Shown here piece by piece: positions 39,651 to 49,587 of a stretch of DNA of 64,000 bases. The stretch is from assembly GCA_045131275.1 (NCBI GenBank), contig JBGUQT010000043.1, positions 53,109 to 117,108 of the forward strand. Direction: 5' to 3'. Made by a program: the position numbers and the translations under genes. How positions within the stretch are numbered: the first letter of the stretch is position 1; every line of letters begins with the position of its first letter. Origin of the DNA: Treponema sp. Lineage in GTDB: Bacteria > Spirochaetota > Spirochaetia > Treponematales > Treponemataceae. The notes beneath the pieces were generated by a model. The model was not told the DNA's origin and made no database searches. It worked only from the letters and a program-made list of their open reading frames with translations.

Positions 39651-40297
39651 TATTTGCCTCCGAACAAACTAAGCGCCGCCATAGCGCCAAGAAAAAAGAT
39701 AAAATAAAGGCTTACAAAAAACTGCGTCACGCGGGCCACGCGCTTTATAACGGGAAGCCTTTTTGTTACAAAGGGTATTCCAAAAAGCGGCGCGAAAAAC
39801 GGAAGCGTTCCGATGTAAAAGAAGACAAAGTAAAAAAAGCCGGAGACGCCGTTCCCGCCAAAAACCGAGCGGACAATCGCAGTCCACAAGGGCGGGCAAA
39901 CGTGAAGGCCAACCGCAAGCCCCGCGACGATCGCAGTGACCCAATCGTTTCCAAGCCTCTTAAGTTTTGGAGCGCGGCACTGGCAGCCCCACGGAAACTT
40001 TACGCCCAGCGAGTTTGCCAAAAGCGCAAGGCCGCACAAAATGTAGGCAAAGACAGAAAGCTTTCTGGCCAGCACGGGATCCATCCATTCGTTGGCCAAA
40101 AGACCGACAGCCGCAAAGGCCGCTCCAAGAATAAAGTAGGTCAAAAGCCGAGCGCCCAAAAAAGCGCCGATCAAGCCGCCGTTCCTTTTGTAGCCGGAAT
40201 TTTCGCAGCCCGCCAAAAAAGGCGCCAACGCCGGAACGCAATACATAGCGCAGTAAGTTCCCGTCGAAAGCCCCAGCAAAATCGCTTCTAATACCAT
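39650..40297 (-). CDS. TauE/SafE / DsbD_2-like membrane protein
   Basis: GAGGAG RBS; GTYCAMYC and GLHVCPP motifs; about six TM helices. Confidence 0.75.
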   Translation of the reverse strand: MVLEAILLGLSTGTYCAMYCVPALAPFLAGCENSGYKRNGGLIGAFLGARLLTYFILGAAFAAVGLLANEWMDPVLARKLSVFAYILCGLALLANSLGVKFPWGCQCRAPKLKRLGNDWVTAIVAGLAVGLHVCPPLWTAIVRSVFGGNGVSGFFYFVFFYIGTLPFFAPLFGIPFVTKRLPVIKRVARVTQFFVSLYFIFFLGAMAALSLFGGK

Positions 40298-40317
40298 TCG
40301 CTCCTCCTGATGATTCC

Positions 40318-40409
40318 ATAATAAGGCGGAACGCATGAGGCCGCAAGGCGCTTTTTGGCAAGATGCGCAAAGAGCGGGATGAGATGCGTTATTTTGGGGA
40401 TGAAAAAAG
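40318..40409 (-). promoter_or_regulatory. Promoter with 21-bp-period direct repeats (candidate LytTR sites)
   Basis: TTGCGG-17-TATTAT (40346-40318); AGATGCG at 40361 and 40382, GGGATGA at 40376 and 40397. Confidence 0.55.
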
Positions 40410-40440
40410 GGGCCGTCCTAAAATTGGACATGCCCCTTTT
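40403..40440. terminator. Intrinsic terminator downstream of the lipase gene
   Basis: AAAAAAGGGG..GTCC-loop-GGAC..CCCCTTTT. Confidence 0.7.
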
Positions 40441-40469
40441 ATAATAGAATTGCAAAAGAACGCGAAATA

Positions 40470-41768
40470 TTAATTAAGTTCCGCTATTACTTTTGCTTGC
40501 CAAAGCGAACTTGCGTAGCCATGAACCGGATACGGACTCGGAGCCGTAACTTCACATTTGATGTAGGTGTTGCCTTCAAGAGTAGTGGACGAACTTGGAT
40601 TATCAACTTTTGCAATGTTGTATCCTACCCTCTTCAAATAATCGTAAAGAGCGTCAGAATTTTTGCTAGGAACGATTTCGTCATTGGATGCGTGGAAAAG
40701 CGAAATATGCGTAGTAGCTTTTGGAGTCCAATAACAAGCCTGGTCCAGGGCATAAATGTTCACCAACTTTTTATTCCATTCGCCGTCTTTAGAAACAGAG
40801 CTCGTTTCTTTTGGAAGAATGATATCCTGAAGCCAATTAGAAAGAGGCAGGCTGGTGAACGTTTCGGCAGAGCCAGGATTTGAGAAAATCTTGGACGCTT
40901 TAAGCGCGGTCAAGTCCTTGAAGATTTTTTCATCGTTTTTGATTCCCGTGTCAAAAAGCGCGTTGTAAGTATAAATGCACAAAATCGTGTATTCAGGAGC
41001 GTACGGCGTTGTCATTTTTATCGACTCATCCGCAGTCACTTTCATATCGTAAGTTCCGCCGCCTGCAAACGTTTTTGTTATCGTAATCTCGTCGCAATAG
41101 GGCTTTGTCGTATCAACCAATTTTTGAACGGCGATCGTTGTCTGGCCGCCTTGCGAATAACCCAAATTGTAAAGCTTGTCTTCCCAAGTGTAGCCTTTGT
41201 CAGCCAAAAGTTTCTTTGCGTTGCGCAACGCATCCAAACTGGCCCTCGCGTTCAACACGCCGCAGCAATAAGCCTGGTCTTTTGTCGATGACGTTCCAAA
41301 GCCCATATAGTCGGCGCAAATCGCAATCGCTTTTGGCTTTAACTCAATCAATGAGTTTGCGTCGTTTTGATTTCCAAATTCCGAGGGACAAGTCGCCGAC
41401 TTTAACAAGGTTGCGCGATTGTACAAAAGCAAAAAGTCAGCTTTGCCTTTGCTGGTTTGCAAATCCTTGTGCATATATATTACCGCTGACAGAGTAATCG
41501 TGTTTCCATTTTGGTCGGTTGAAGGATAGTTAAAAACAAGAGCCATAAGATTTGGCTTGTTGGCCGAATCAACATACACAAAATCTGTGGTCCCTTCTGG
41601 CAAAGTCGGATTCACCGCCGGAGCCACAAGACCTACACCATTGATTTTGTCCGCCAATGGGTTTGAAGGCGGAATTGGGCTTGAACCGCTTTCAGAATTG
41701 TTGGAACATCCAACAAAAGCAATGCATAAGGCAACGGCCGCAGCCAACGCCAATCCAATTTTTTTCAT
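40470..41768 (-). CDS. Secretory-lipase-like alpha/beta hydrolase lipoprotein
   Basis: Lipobox FVGC; ADYMGFG, GYSQGG nucleophile elbow, HASNDEIVP, PVHG. Confidence 0.8.
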   Translation of the reverse strand: MKKIGLALAAAVALCIAFVGCSNNSESGSSPIPPSNPLADKINGVGLVAPAVNPTLPEGTTDFVYVDSANKPNLMALVFNYPSTDQNGNTITLSAVIYMHKDLQTSKGKADFLLLYNRATLLKSATCPSEFGNQNDANSLIELKPKAIAICADYMGFGTSSTKDQAYCCGVLNARASLDALRNAKKLLADKGYTWEDKLYNLGYSQGGQTTIAVQKLVDTTKPYCDEITITKTFAGGGTYDMKVTADESIKMTTPYAPEYTILCIYTYNALFDTGIKNDEKIFKDLTALKASKIFSNPGSAETFTSLPLSNWLQDIILPKETSSVSKDGEWNKKLVNIYALDQACYWTPKATTHISLFHASNDEIVPSKNSDALYDYLKRVGYNIAKVDNPSSSTTLEGNTYIKCEVTAPSPYPVHGYASSLWQAKVIAELN

Positions 41769-41820
41769 TTAATCACCTCGTATTTATATAGTATTCTTGC
41801 TTTTATAAATCTGTCAAGGC

Positions 41821-42648
41821 CTATTTATTCACTACGGAACAGAGCCAGTCCATAAAAGTTTCGTCGCTGCCGTCCTTGTTTTTGCGGCCGCTTTTGTCTT
41901 TTAGCTCCACGTAAAAGTGGTGACGGGTTTGGTATTGGACGTAGCGGGAGTTTTTGCAAAAGCGAGCGACGCGGCGGCCGGTGGGCATTCCTTGCTCAAA
42001 GATTCCCTTGTCGTCCTCGGAATTGGCCCAGTAAAATTGAATCGGAAGAACGCGCAAAATTTCCTTCGGCGTCATTTGATAAAAGCCGCTTCCAGAAACG
42101 ACAGCGCGGAAAAGTTCCGGCTCCGCGCAAGCCATCTCGGCGACAAATTTCGCTCCCTGCGAAAAGCCGTAACCAACAATGTTAGTCGGGTCGATGCATT
42201 TGTTTTTTATGCAAACATTTTTGACCAAGAGAGCCGTTCCATGCGGATCGGTAAAATAATTTATGCGCGAAAATATCAAAAGAACCGCGGCGCCCTTTGG
42301 AAAAATCTTTTGTTGAAAATCTTCGCCGGTAAAAATTCTTCCGTATTTAAATGCCTGCCCTTTTTCGTCGGAACCGTGGAAAACGACAATGAGCGGAAGC
42401 TTAGCGCTTTGGTCGTCGTTGTCCGTACGATACTGGGGCGGAAGGTAAAGATAATATTGGTGTCCGCTAAAAGATTTTTCGTAAGCCCAAATGCCGGACT
42501 TGCTTGAGTCTTCCGAAAAATAATAGGCCGCATCAAAAGTCAAGTCGAGCGGTTTGCGGGCGTACAAATAATTTTTTACGGCAAAAAGCGCCGCAAGCAG
42601 GACAACGAGTGAGATGGCCAAAACAGCGGGCGCGAATTTTTTCTTCAT
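41821..42648 (-). CDS. Exported alpha/beta hydrolase (esterase/peptidase-like)
   Basis: Signal/TM; YYLYLP, PLIVVFHG, IDP..I..GFSQGA. Confidence 0.75.
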   Translation of the reverse strand: MKKKFAPAVLAISLVVLLAALFAVKNYLYARKPLDLTFDAAYYFSEDSSKSGIWAYEKSFSGHQYYLYLPPQYRTDNDDQSAKLPLIVVFHGSDEKGQAFKYGRIFTGEDFQQKIFPKGAAVLLIFSRINYFTDPHGTALLVKNVCIKNKCIDPTNIVGYGFSQGAKFVAEMACAEPELFRAVVSGSGFYQMTPKEILRVLPIQFYWANSEDDKGIFEQGMPTGRRVARFCKNSRYVQYQTRHHFYVELKDKSGRKNKDGSDETFMDWLCSVVNK

Positions 42649-42692
42649 ACCCTCTATTTTGCATCACAAGCGCTTTTTTGTCAAATAAAATT

Positions 42693-43652
42693 CTAGTAGC
42701 CCAGCTTCCTGTCAACCAAATAACGCAAGGGACGGCCCGCGACAAAATTCTTTAGGTCTTCCAAAAACATTTCGACGTTTTTGTCTTTTGTGTAGGCGAG
42801 CGTAAGGTTTCCGGCAACGTGGGGCGTTATCAAAAGATTTTTTGCCTTCCACAATTTGTTGTCTAGCGGAAGCGGCTCGGTTTGAAAAACGTCCAGCGCG
42901 GCGCCGGCTAGATGTCCGCTTTCAAGGCTTTCGTAAAGCGCCTCTTCGTCTATGGCGGAACCGCGGCCTACGTTAATCACATACGCTCCCTGCGGAAGCA
43001 AAGCGATGCGCTCGCGTGAAAGGATTCCCTTTGTCTCTGGCGTTCCCGGAAGGCTCATCGCAAGCAAGTCGGCTTCCGACAAAACTTTGTCCAAGTCTTC
43101 AACTTTAAATACTTGGTCGTAAACAGACGCGTCCGCTTTTCCGCTACGGCACACGCCGACAATTTTCTTCGGTTCAAAAGCTTTTGCCCGCCGCGCGAAA
43201 TTCGTTCCGATGTCGCCGGTTCCCAAAACGACGACGCGGCTGTCCTTTAACGATTTTTGCGGACGCGGGCTAAGCCACTTGCCGCTCCAAGTTTCGGCGA
43301 AGAATTCATTAAGCCGCCGCATCATCACAAGCGCGACGGCAATCATGTGCTCGGCGATCGACACGCCGTAAGCGCCGGCCGAGTTTGTCAAAAGGCAATC
43401 TTCGTTGGCAAAATATCCGGGCGCCATTAACGAGTCAACGCCGGCCCAAGGCGCGCAAAGCCACTTTAATTTTTTGCTTGTGTTGACGATTGCCGGAGCG
43501 AATCCGTAAATCACGTCCGCGTCATAATCCGCTTCCGGGATTTCGTCCGGCTTTTTGTAGAACAAAACTTGCGCGCCGCATTCTTCCGCGGCGGCCTTTA
43601 TTCGTTCGACATGCCGCTCTTCAAGCAATTCATTCACGACTAAGATTTTCAT
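42693..43652 (-). CDS. D-2-hydroxyacid dehydrogenase
   Basis: LGTGDIG, LPGTPET, INVGRG, ALDVF..EPL, ITPHVAG. Confidence 0.92.
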   Translation of the reverse strand: MKILVVNELLEERHVERIKAAAEECGAQVLFYKKPDEIPEADYDADVIYGFAPAIVNTSKKLKWLCAPWAGVDSLMAPGYFANEDCLLTNSAGAYGVSIAEHMIAVALVMMRRLNEFFAETWSGKWLSPRPQKSLKDSRVVVLGTGDIGTNFARRAKAFEPKKIVGVCRSGKADASVYDQVFKVEDLDKVLSEADLLAMSLPGTPETKGILSRERIALLPQGAYVINVGRGSAIDEEALYESLESGHLAGAALDVFQTEPLPLDNKLWKAKNLLITPHVAGNLTLAYTKDKNVEMFLEDLKNFVAGRPLRYLVDRKLGY

Positions 43653-43664
43653 AACTGTTTCCGC

Positions 43665-44312
43665 TCACTCTTTGGCCAAAATCGGGCGGGCTACGTGGAC
43701 GTTAAAGAACTCGATCAGCGGACCCATAAAAAAGGCCGTGATGATTGTTCCTATTCCGGCGATAGTCGGTATCGCGGAAATTTTTCCTCCGCCCAAAACA
43801 AAAAGCGCCGCGCCCAAAATTACGCAAACGATGTCGGTGATGATTCTAACGTATTGGAACTTTCCTTTTTTCCAAGTGTTGACAATTATCAGCGCGACCG
43901 CGTCGTAGGTGGAAACGCCCAAATCCGCCGTCATGTAAAAGGCCGAGCCAAAACAGATGACCACAACGCCAACAACAAGGCAAACGACGCGGACAAAAAT
44001 GCTAGGCTCCACAATCACAGTCTGCAAAAACTGGTAGGAAAACTGCGTGATGTATCCCAGCAAAAACAAATTGATGAAAGTCGCGATTCCGATGTAATGC
44101 CTGTCAAACACAAGCGCGAAAATCAAAAGCAGCGCGTTGACGATGATGTACAAAAGTCCAAAGTCAAGCGGAACCAAATTGTCCAAGCCTGCCATAAACG
44201 ATTGGAAGGGGTCAACGCCAAGCGCGGCGATTTTAAAAACGCCTACGCTTATCGCGCAAATTATAACGCCAAAGAGCGACATCAAAATTCGCTTCACTAA
44301 ATTCTTGTTCAT
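43665..44312 (-). CDS. YczE/YitT-like membrane protein
   Basis: LGVDPF, GIATFIN, LGVSTYD, GIGTII; duplicated TM architecture; alternative TTG start at 44324. Confidence 0.78.
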   Translation of the reverse strand: MNKNLVKRILMSLFGVIICAISVGVFKIAALGVDPFQSFMAGLDNLVPLDFGLLYIIVNALLLIFALVFDRHYIGIATFINLFLLGYITQFSYQFLQTVIVEPSIFVRVVCLVVGVVVICFGSAFYMTADLGVSTYDAVALIIVNTWKKGKFQYVRIITDIVCVILGAALFVLGGGKISAIPTIAGIGTIITAFFMGPLIEFFNVHVARPILAKE

Positions 44313-44313
44313 T

Positions 44314-45288
44314 TTAATATCCAATCTCCTTGAACACCGCGTCCAAAAACTTGGCGTTCTTAATCGAAAAGTCTTGGCTTACCAATGGAGCCGCGCCGTT
44401 CAAAATGCAGTCGCTAAGATTTTCAATTTCCAGCGAATAGTTTTGCGGAGCTTTAATCTTGCGCTTGATTGTTTTGCCGCCGACTTGGATTGTGTAAGAC
44501 AGTTTTCCCGCTTGGTTGTACTCAACGTCGCTTTTTATGCAGCCTTTGGAACCGTGGACATACAAGCGGTCAAAGCGGGAATTTGATTCCTGTCCAAAAA
44601 TCATTCCGACATTAAAGGAGGCGCGCGCTCCGTTCGCAAAGCGGACAAAGCCAGTCGTCATCGCGTCAACGCCCTTGTCTGTAAACTCCGCCGCGGCTTT
44701 GACATCAACCACTTGCGAGTCAATCAGCGAAAGTATCATCGTGGAACAGTAGCAGCCCAAGTCGTAAAAGGCGCCGCCTCCCAATTCCTTGTACAAGCGG
44801 ATGTCCTCTTTGTAGCCCTGCGTCACAAAGGCCGTGTCAATAAAGTCAACGTCGCCGATGATTCCGCTTTTAATGTCAGCCTTTAAGCTTTGAACGTATG
44901 GGCTGTGCAAGTATGCGTAGGCTTCCATAAGCTTGACGCCGTTTTCCTTTGCGGCCGCGAACATTTCTTCCGCCTCCGCCGCGTTGAGCGCGAGGGGCTT
45001 TTCGCAAAGAACGCATTTTTTTGCCTTGAGCGCTTTGATTACCCATTCCTTGTGCAAGCCGTTTGGAAGCGGAATGTAAACGGCCTGAATGTCCTTGTCG
45101 GCCAAAAGCTCTTCATAGCTTCCGTAATATTTTTCAAAGCCGTACTCGTCGGCAAAGCTTTTGGCTTTTTCCAAAGAGCGGCCGGCAACCGCGTAGAGAC
45201 GCGCGTTTTTCGCAAGCTTTATGCCGGGAATCGTAGCCCATCGCGCGATGTTGGCCGTTCCCAAAATTCCCCAGTTAACCTTGTCCAT
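44314..45288 (-). CDS. Gfo/Idh/MocA family oxidoreductase
   Basis: WGILGTANIA, VYIPLPNGLH, VLCEKP, GGGAFYDLGCY. Confidence 0.92.
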   Translation of the reverse strand: MDKVNWGILGTANIARWATIPGIKLAKNARLYAVAGRSLEKAKSFADEYGFEKYYGSYEELLADKDIQAVYIPLPNGLHKEWVIKALKAKKCVLCEKPLALNAAEAEEMFAAAKENGVKLMEAYAYLHSPYVQSLKADIKSGIIGDVDFIDTAFVTQGYKEDIRLYKELGGGAFYDLGCYCSTMILSLIDSQVVDVKAAAEFTDKGVDAMTTGFVRFANGARASFNVGMIFGQESNSRFDRLYVHGSKGCIKSDVEYNQAGKLSYTIQVGGKTIKRKIKAPQNYSLEIENLSDCILNGAAPLVSQDFSIKNAKFLDAVFKEIGY

Positions 45289-45289
45289 T

Positions 45290-46411
45290 TTATTCTCCTA
45301 ACAGCGAGGCCGCTTCTTTTAGCAAGCCGATGATCTTTAAGTGCTGCGGGCAAACGCTTTCGCACTGGCCGCACTCCACGCAATCGCTTGCCTTTCCGCT
45401 CCGGGTAACCAAGCCGGAATAAAAGTTTTTGGCTCTCCAATCGTCCGGGTAGCGGCGCAAAGTGTTCACCGTGCGGAACACGTCCGGAATGCTGATCTTT
45501 TGCGGGCAGCCGTCAACGCAATACTTGCAGGCGGTGCAGCCGATTTGCGGAACGCTTAAAATTTCTTTTGTCACTTCGTCGATGATTTTCATTTCGTCGG
45601 CGCTAATCGGCTCAAAGTTTTTAAAGGTCTTGATGTTGTCGTCCATCTGCTCTTCGGTCGACATGCCCGAAAGTATTGTGGCCACGCCTTCTAACGTTCC
45701 GCAATAGCGCAAAGCCCAAGAGGCGACAGAATCGTTTGGCCGCGCCGCCTTGAACTTGGCTTCGATTTCGGGCGCCATGTTGGCCAACATTCCGCCACGG
45801 ACAGGCTCCATAATAATCATCGGAATATTTTTTTTGTGGAGGATGTCGTAAAGTTTTTGCGAACGGACAACAGGATTTGTGCGGTCAAGGTAGTTCAACT
45901 GGATTTGAACAAATTCCATGTCAGGATGCTTGTCGGTAATCTCGTCCAAAAGCTCCGGGCTTCCGTGGTATGAAAAGCCAAAATGCTTTATGCGGCCGGC
46001 CTCTTTCATCTTCCAGCCCCAGTTAAAGCAGTCAAGCTTTTCGTAAGTGTCGTAGTTGTTTCCGTCTTCGATGGAATGCAAAAGATAATAGTCAAAGTAG
46101 TCCACGCCGGCACGCTCGCATTGCTCGTTGAAAATTCTGTCGCGGTCGACTTCAGTTTTCATTTCCCAGGCGGGAAGTTTTGTGGCAAGCGTAAAGGATT
46201 CGCGCGGATAGCGTTTTACCAAAGCCTCGCGCGCGGCGACTTCCGACTTTCCGCTGTGGTAAACGTAGGCGGTGTCAAAATAGTTCATGCCCGCGTTCAT
46301 GTATTTGTCAACCATCGTCTTTACGCGCTCAATGTCAATCTGGCCGTCTTTTTCGGGCAAGCGCATAAGTCCAAAGCCCAGCTTGGGCATCGTTTTCAAG
46401 TCTACAGGCAT
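45290..46411 (-). CDS. Aldo/keto reductase with C-terminal 4Fe-4S domain
   Basis: LGFGLMRLP, YFDTAYVY, LATKLP, YLLH, MEPVRGG, CTACKYC..CP, CVECGQCESVCP. Confidence 0.92.
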   Translation of the reverse strand: MPVDLKTMPKLGFGLMRLPEKDGQIDIERVKTMVDKYMNAGMNYFDTAYVYHSGKSEVAAREALVKRYPRESFTLATKLPAWEMKTEVDRDRIFNEQCERAGVDYFDYYLLHSIEDGNNYDTYEKLDCFNWGWKMKEAGRIKHFGFSYHGSPELLDEITDKHPDMEFVQIQLNYLDRTNPVVRSQKLYDILHKKNIPMIIMEPVRGGMLANMAPEIEAKFKAARPNDSVASWALRYCGTLEGVATILSGMSTEEQMDDNIKTFKNFEPISADEMKIIDEVTKEILSVPQIGCTACKYCVDGCPQKISIPDVFRTVNTLRRYPDDWRAKNFYSGLVTRSGKASDCVECGQCESVCPQHLKIIGLLKEAASLLGE

Positions 46412-47439
46412 ATTTCCTCCTTTGATTTTTCCAGCGCGGCGATGACCTTGTCGCACCACGCGTCAAACTCAGGGTCTTCTTCTTCGCATTCGGGGTGGGA
46501 CAGAACGTAGTCCAGCGCGATTTTCGCTCCCTCGTTAAAGGGAACTGTCGTCGTCATTTGCGGAACGATTCTCTTTAGCTTGGAATTGTCAAAGACAACC
46601 GAAACTGATTTGTCGCCTGTAAGGCTTCCCTCAAAGTCAAAGCCGTACTTGTCGCCAACCGCGCTCAAGTATTCCGACGCGACGTGATACGCCTTTAGCT
46701 CCACGCAAAGAATGTCGGCGATTGTTTGGTAGATTTGGTTCCACGTCAACACTTCGTCGCCGGTGATTTGGAAGGCCTCGCCGATTGCGTGGCGGTTTCC
46801 CATCAAGCCGATAAAACCGGTGGCAAAATCCTTGTTAAAGGTAAGATGCCAGAGCGAAGTTCCGTCGCCTTGGATGATGACAGGCTTGTTTTCCATCATT
46901 CGCTTTATGACTTGCCAAAAGCCTTTTTTTCCGTGCACGCCAAGCGGAACGTGGCGCTCGTCGTAAGTGTGGCTGGGCCGAACGATTGTCACCGGAAAAT
47001 TTTCTTCGCGGTATTTTTTGAACAAAAATTCCTCACAGGCGATTTTGTTCCGCGAATATTCCCAATGTGGATTTGCCAGCGTCGTTCCTTCGGTGATGAC
47101 ATAGCTTGCGGCGGGCTTGTTGTAGGCGGAAGCCGAACTGATGTAAATGTACTGCTTGGTCTTTCCCTTAAAAAGCCTGTAGTCGCGCTCGACTTGTTCA
47201 GGAACAAAGCCGATGAACTCGCTAACGACATCGAATGTCATGCCTTCAAGTTTTCGCGCAGCTTCCGCCTCGTTGGAAATGTCGCAAACGATTTGCTTAA
47301 CGCCAGCCGGAACTTCTTCCGCGCGGCTTCCGCGATTTAAAAGCCAAACTTCCCATTCAGGTTTTTGCGCCAGCTCGCGAACGATCGCCATGCTTATCGT
47401 TCCCGTTCCGCCGATAAAAAGCGCCTTGGATTTTGCCAT
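46402..47439 (-). CDS. Atypical SDR / NAD-dependent epimerase family protein
   Basis: FIGGTGTIS, LLNRG, YISSAS, YSRNK, IVRPSHTY. Confidence 0.88.
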   Translation of the reverse strand: MAKSKALFIGGTGTISMAIVRELAQKPEWEVWLLNRGSRAEEVPAGVKQIVCDISNEAEAARKLEGMTFDVVSEFIGFVPEQVERDYRLFKGKTKQYIYISSASAYNKPAASYVITEGTTLANPHWEYSRNKIACEEFLFKKYREENFPVTIVRPSHTYDERHVPLGVHGKKGFWQVIKRMMENKPVIIQGDGTSLWHLTFNKDFATGFIGLMGNRHAIGEAFQITGDEVLTWNQIYQTIADILCVELKAYHVASEYLSAVGDKYGFDFEGSLTGDKSVSVVFDNSKLKRIVPQMTTTVPFNEGAKIALDYVLSHPECEEEDPEFDAWCDKVIAALEKSKEEICL

Positions 47440-47461
47440 TCCGTTCCTCCAGAAAATGCCG

Positions 47462-48637
47462 CTAAATCATCATCTTGTAAATCTTGGCGCAGTCGTCTTC
47501 GTTAAGCGTGACAAAACCGCTGATTGTTCCTGTGCGGCCGTCGCCGTAGCAAAGAGTTTTTACAAGCGTCGGAATGTCCTCTTCCTTGGCGCCAAGCTCG
47601 GCGAAATTCTTTGGCATGCCGATAGAGCAAAGGAAGTTTTGGAATGCGTTGATTCCTTCAAGAGCCGTGACTTCAGGATGGTCAAAATCCATCTGGCAGC
47701 CCCAAACGCGGACGGCGACTTTGGCAAAGCGGTTAACGTCATGCTTCATAACATACTTAAAGACCGCCGGCATCGTAACCGCAAGGCCCGCGCCGTGAGC
47801 GCAGTCGTAAAGCGCCGAAAGCTCGTGCTCGATTCCGTGGCTGTTCCAGTCCTGGCTTCGGCCAACGCCGCAGGAATTGTTGTGCGCCATCATTCCCGCC
47901 CACATAATGTTGGCCCGCGCCTCGTAGTTGTTGGGGTCGGCGATTACGCGCGGCGCCTCATGCTTCATCGTAAGGAGCAGCGCTTCGATAAGGCGGTCGG
48001 TAACTTCGACGTCTTTTGTGTTTGTTAAATAGCGCTCGTAAAGGTGCGCCATAATGTCGGTTACGCCAGCCGCCGTTTGGAAGGCCGGGAGCGTTTGCGT
48101 CAGCGCCGGATTAAGAATGCTGAACTTAGGGCGGATCGCATCGCCGTTTGAGCCGCGCTTGAACATTCCCTCTTCTTTTGTGATTACAGAATTGGGGCTT
48201 CCTTCGCTTCCTGCGGCGGCGATTGTAAGAACCGTTCCGACGGGGAGCGCTTTTTCAATGTCCTTTCCGCTGTAAAAATCCCAAAAGTCTCCGTCGTACA
48301 AAACGCCGGCCGCGATCGCTTTCGCGGAATCGATTGTGCTGCCGCCTCCGACAGCGAGGATAAAGTCAACGCCTTCTTTTTTGCAAAGGTCGATTCCCTT
48401 ATAGACAAGGCCGCTTCTTGGGTTGGGCTGAACGCCTCCCAGCTCGACAAAGGAAAGTCCGGCGGCCTTCAACGATTCTTCCACTCTGTCCAAAAGGCCC
48501 GAAGCCTTGGCGCTCTTTCCGCCAAAGTGAACCAAAACCTTGCTGGCTCCAAAACGCTTGGCCAAAGCGCCGGCCTCGCGCTCAGTGTCCTTTCCAAAAA
48601 CAAAATAAGTGGGTGAATAAAATGTAAAATTGTCCAT
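47462..48637 (-). CDS. Iron-containing alcohol dehydrogenase (BdhA/YqhD-like)
   Basis: GVQPNP, AVGGGSTIDSAK, GSE, DIMAH, HGIEHELSA, HGAGLA. Confidence 0.93.
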   Translation of the reverse strand: MDNFTFYSPTYFVFGKDTEREAGALAKRFGASKVLVHFGGKSAKASGLLDRVEESLKAAGLSFVELGGVQPNPRSGLVYKGIDLCKKEGVDFILAVGGGSTIDSAKAIAAGVLYDGDFWDFYSGKDIEKALPVGTVLTIAAAGSEGSPNSVITKEEGMFKRGSNGDAIRPKFSILNPALTQTLPAFQTAAGVTDIMAHLYERYLTNTKDVEVTDRLIEALLLTMKHEAPRVIADPNNYEARANIMWAGMMAHNNSCGVGRSQDWNSHGIEHELSALYDCAHGAGLAVTMPAVFKYVMKHDVNRFAKVAVRVWGCQMDFDHPEVTALEGINAFQNFLCSIGMPKNFAELGAKEEDIPTLVKTLCYGDGRTGTISGFVTLNEDDCAKIYKMMI

Positions 48638-48739
48638 AAATAAATTCTCCTTTGCTTATAATTGTAAGGCATAAATTTAAAAAAAGATAGAGAATTTTTA
48701 TTGCAAATTGCCCATTTTTTGCTATAATGAATTTGGCCT

Positions 48740-49582
48740 ATGGAACAAGAAATCATCGCTTACCCGCGGGTTAGAGGCGTGGCTTATGCGGAACGGACGA
48801 TCCCCGAAAACTTCCCTCCCCACTGGCACAACGACGCGGAATTTACTGTAATTCTTAAAGAAGGCTCGCGCTATAAAATCGGCGACACAATCTACAAACC
48901 GGCCGCCGGCGACATACTGCTTGTTTGGCCGCGCGAGCTGCACGAATTGCTTCACATGCCAAAAGGCGGCGCGGCCTTCATTCAATTTTCCTCAAGCCTT
49001 ATCGAAAGCAACACTGACTTGTTCGCGGCCTCAAGGTTTTTAAGCGCCTGCCATTTGATCCAAGCCAAAAAGAATCCGGCGCTCGCAAAAAAAATCGCCG
49101 CGCTTGTTTCAAAAATCCGCGCCGCCCGCGAGCAAAAATACTTTGTGGAAAGCCGCTCGAAAATTTTGGCTTCGGAAATTCTAGTTCTTGTGGGCGACCA
49201 TGTGATGAAAGAATACAGCCAGCAAATCGCGGGCAAAATGTTTTCCGACCGCTCGTGGGCTTACATTCGCGCCGCCTGCGCCTACATCGCCGAACATTCG
49301 TCGGAAGACATAAGCCAGTCGGAAGTGGCGCAAAAAGTCGGACTTAGCCCTTATTATTTTTCAAAGCTTTTTAACGAATACACAAAGACGGCCTTTCCCG
49401 CCTATTTGGCCAACATCCGCGTCCAAAGGGCTATAACGCTTTTGGCCGACCCCGGCCGTTCCATCACCGACTGCGCCTACGAAGCGGGCTTTCAGTCAAC
49501 GACAACCTTTAACAAGCTCTTCAACGAGCTGACGGGATCAAGCCCCCGCGAATACCGCAAGCTGCAAAGGAAAAACAAGTAG
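48740..49582 (+). CDS. AraC-family regulator (cupin + double HTH)
   Basis: PHWHNDAE; SPYYFSKLF; AGFQSTTTFNKLF...SPREYRK. Confidence 0.92.
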   Translation: MEQEIIAYPRVRGVAYAERTIPENFPPHWHNDAEFTVILKEGSRYKIGDTIYKPAAGDILLVWPRELHELLHMPKGGAAFIQFSSSLIESNTDLFAASRFLSACHLIQAKKNPALAKKIAALVSKIRAAREQKYFVESRSKILASEILVLVGDHVMKEYSQQIAGKMFSDRSWAYIRAACAYIAEHSSEDISQSEVAQKVGLSPYYFSKLFNEYTKTAFPAYLANIRVQRAITLLADPGRSITDCAYEAGFQSTTTFNKLFNELTGSSPREYRKLQRKNK

Positions 49583-49587
49583 CGCTT

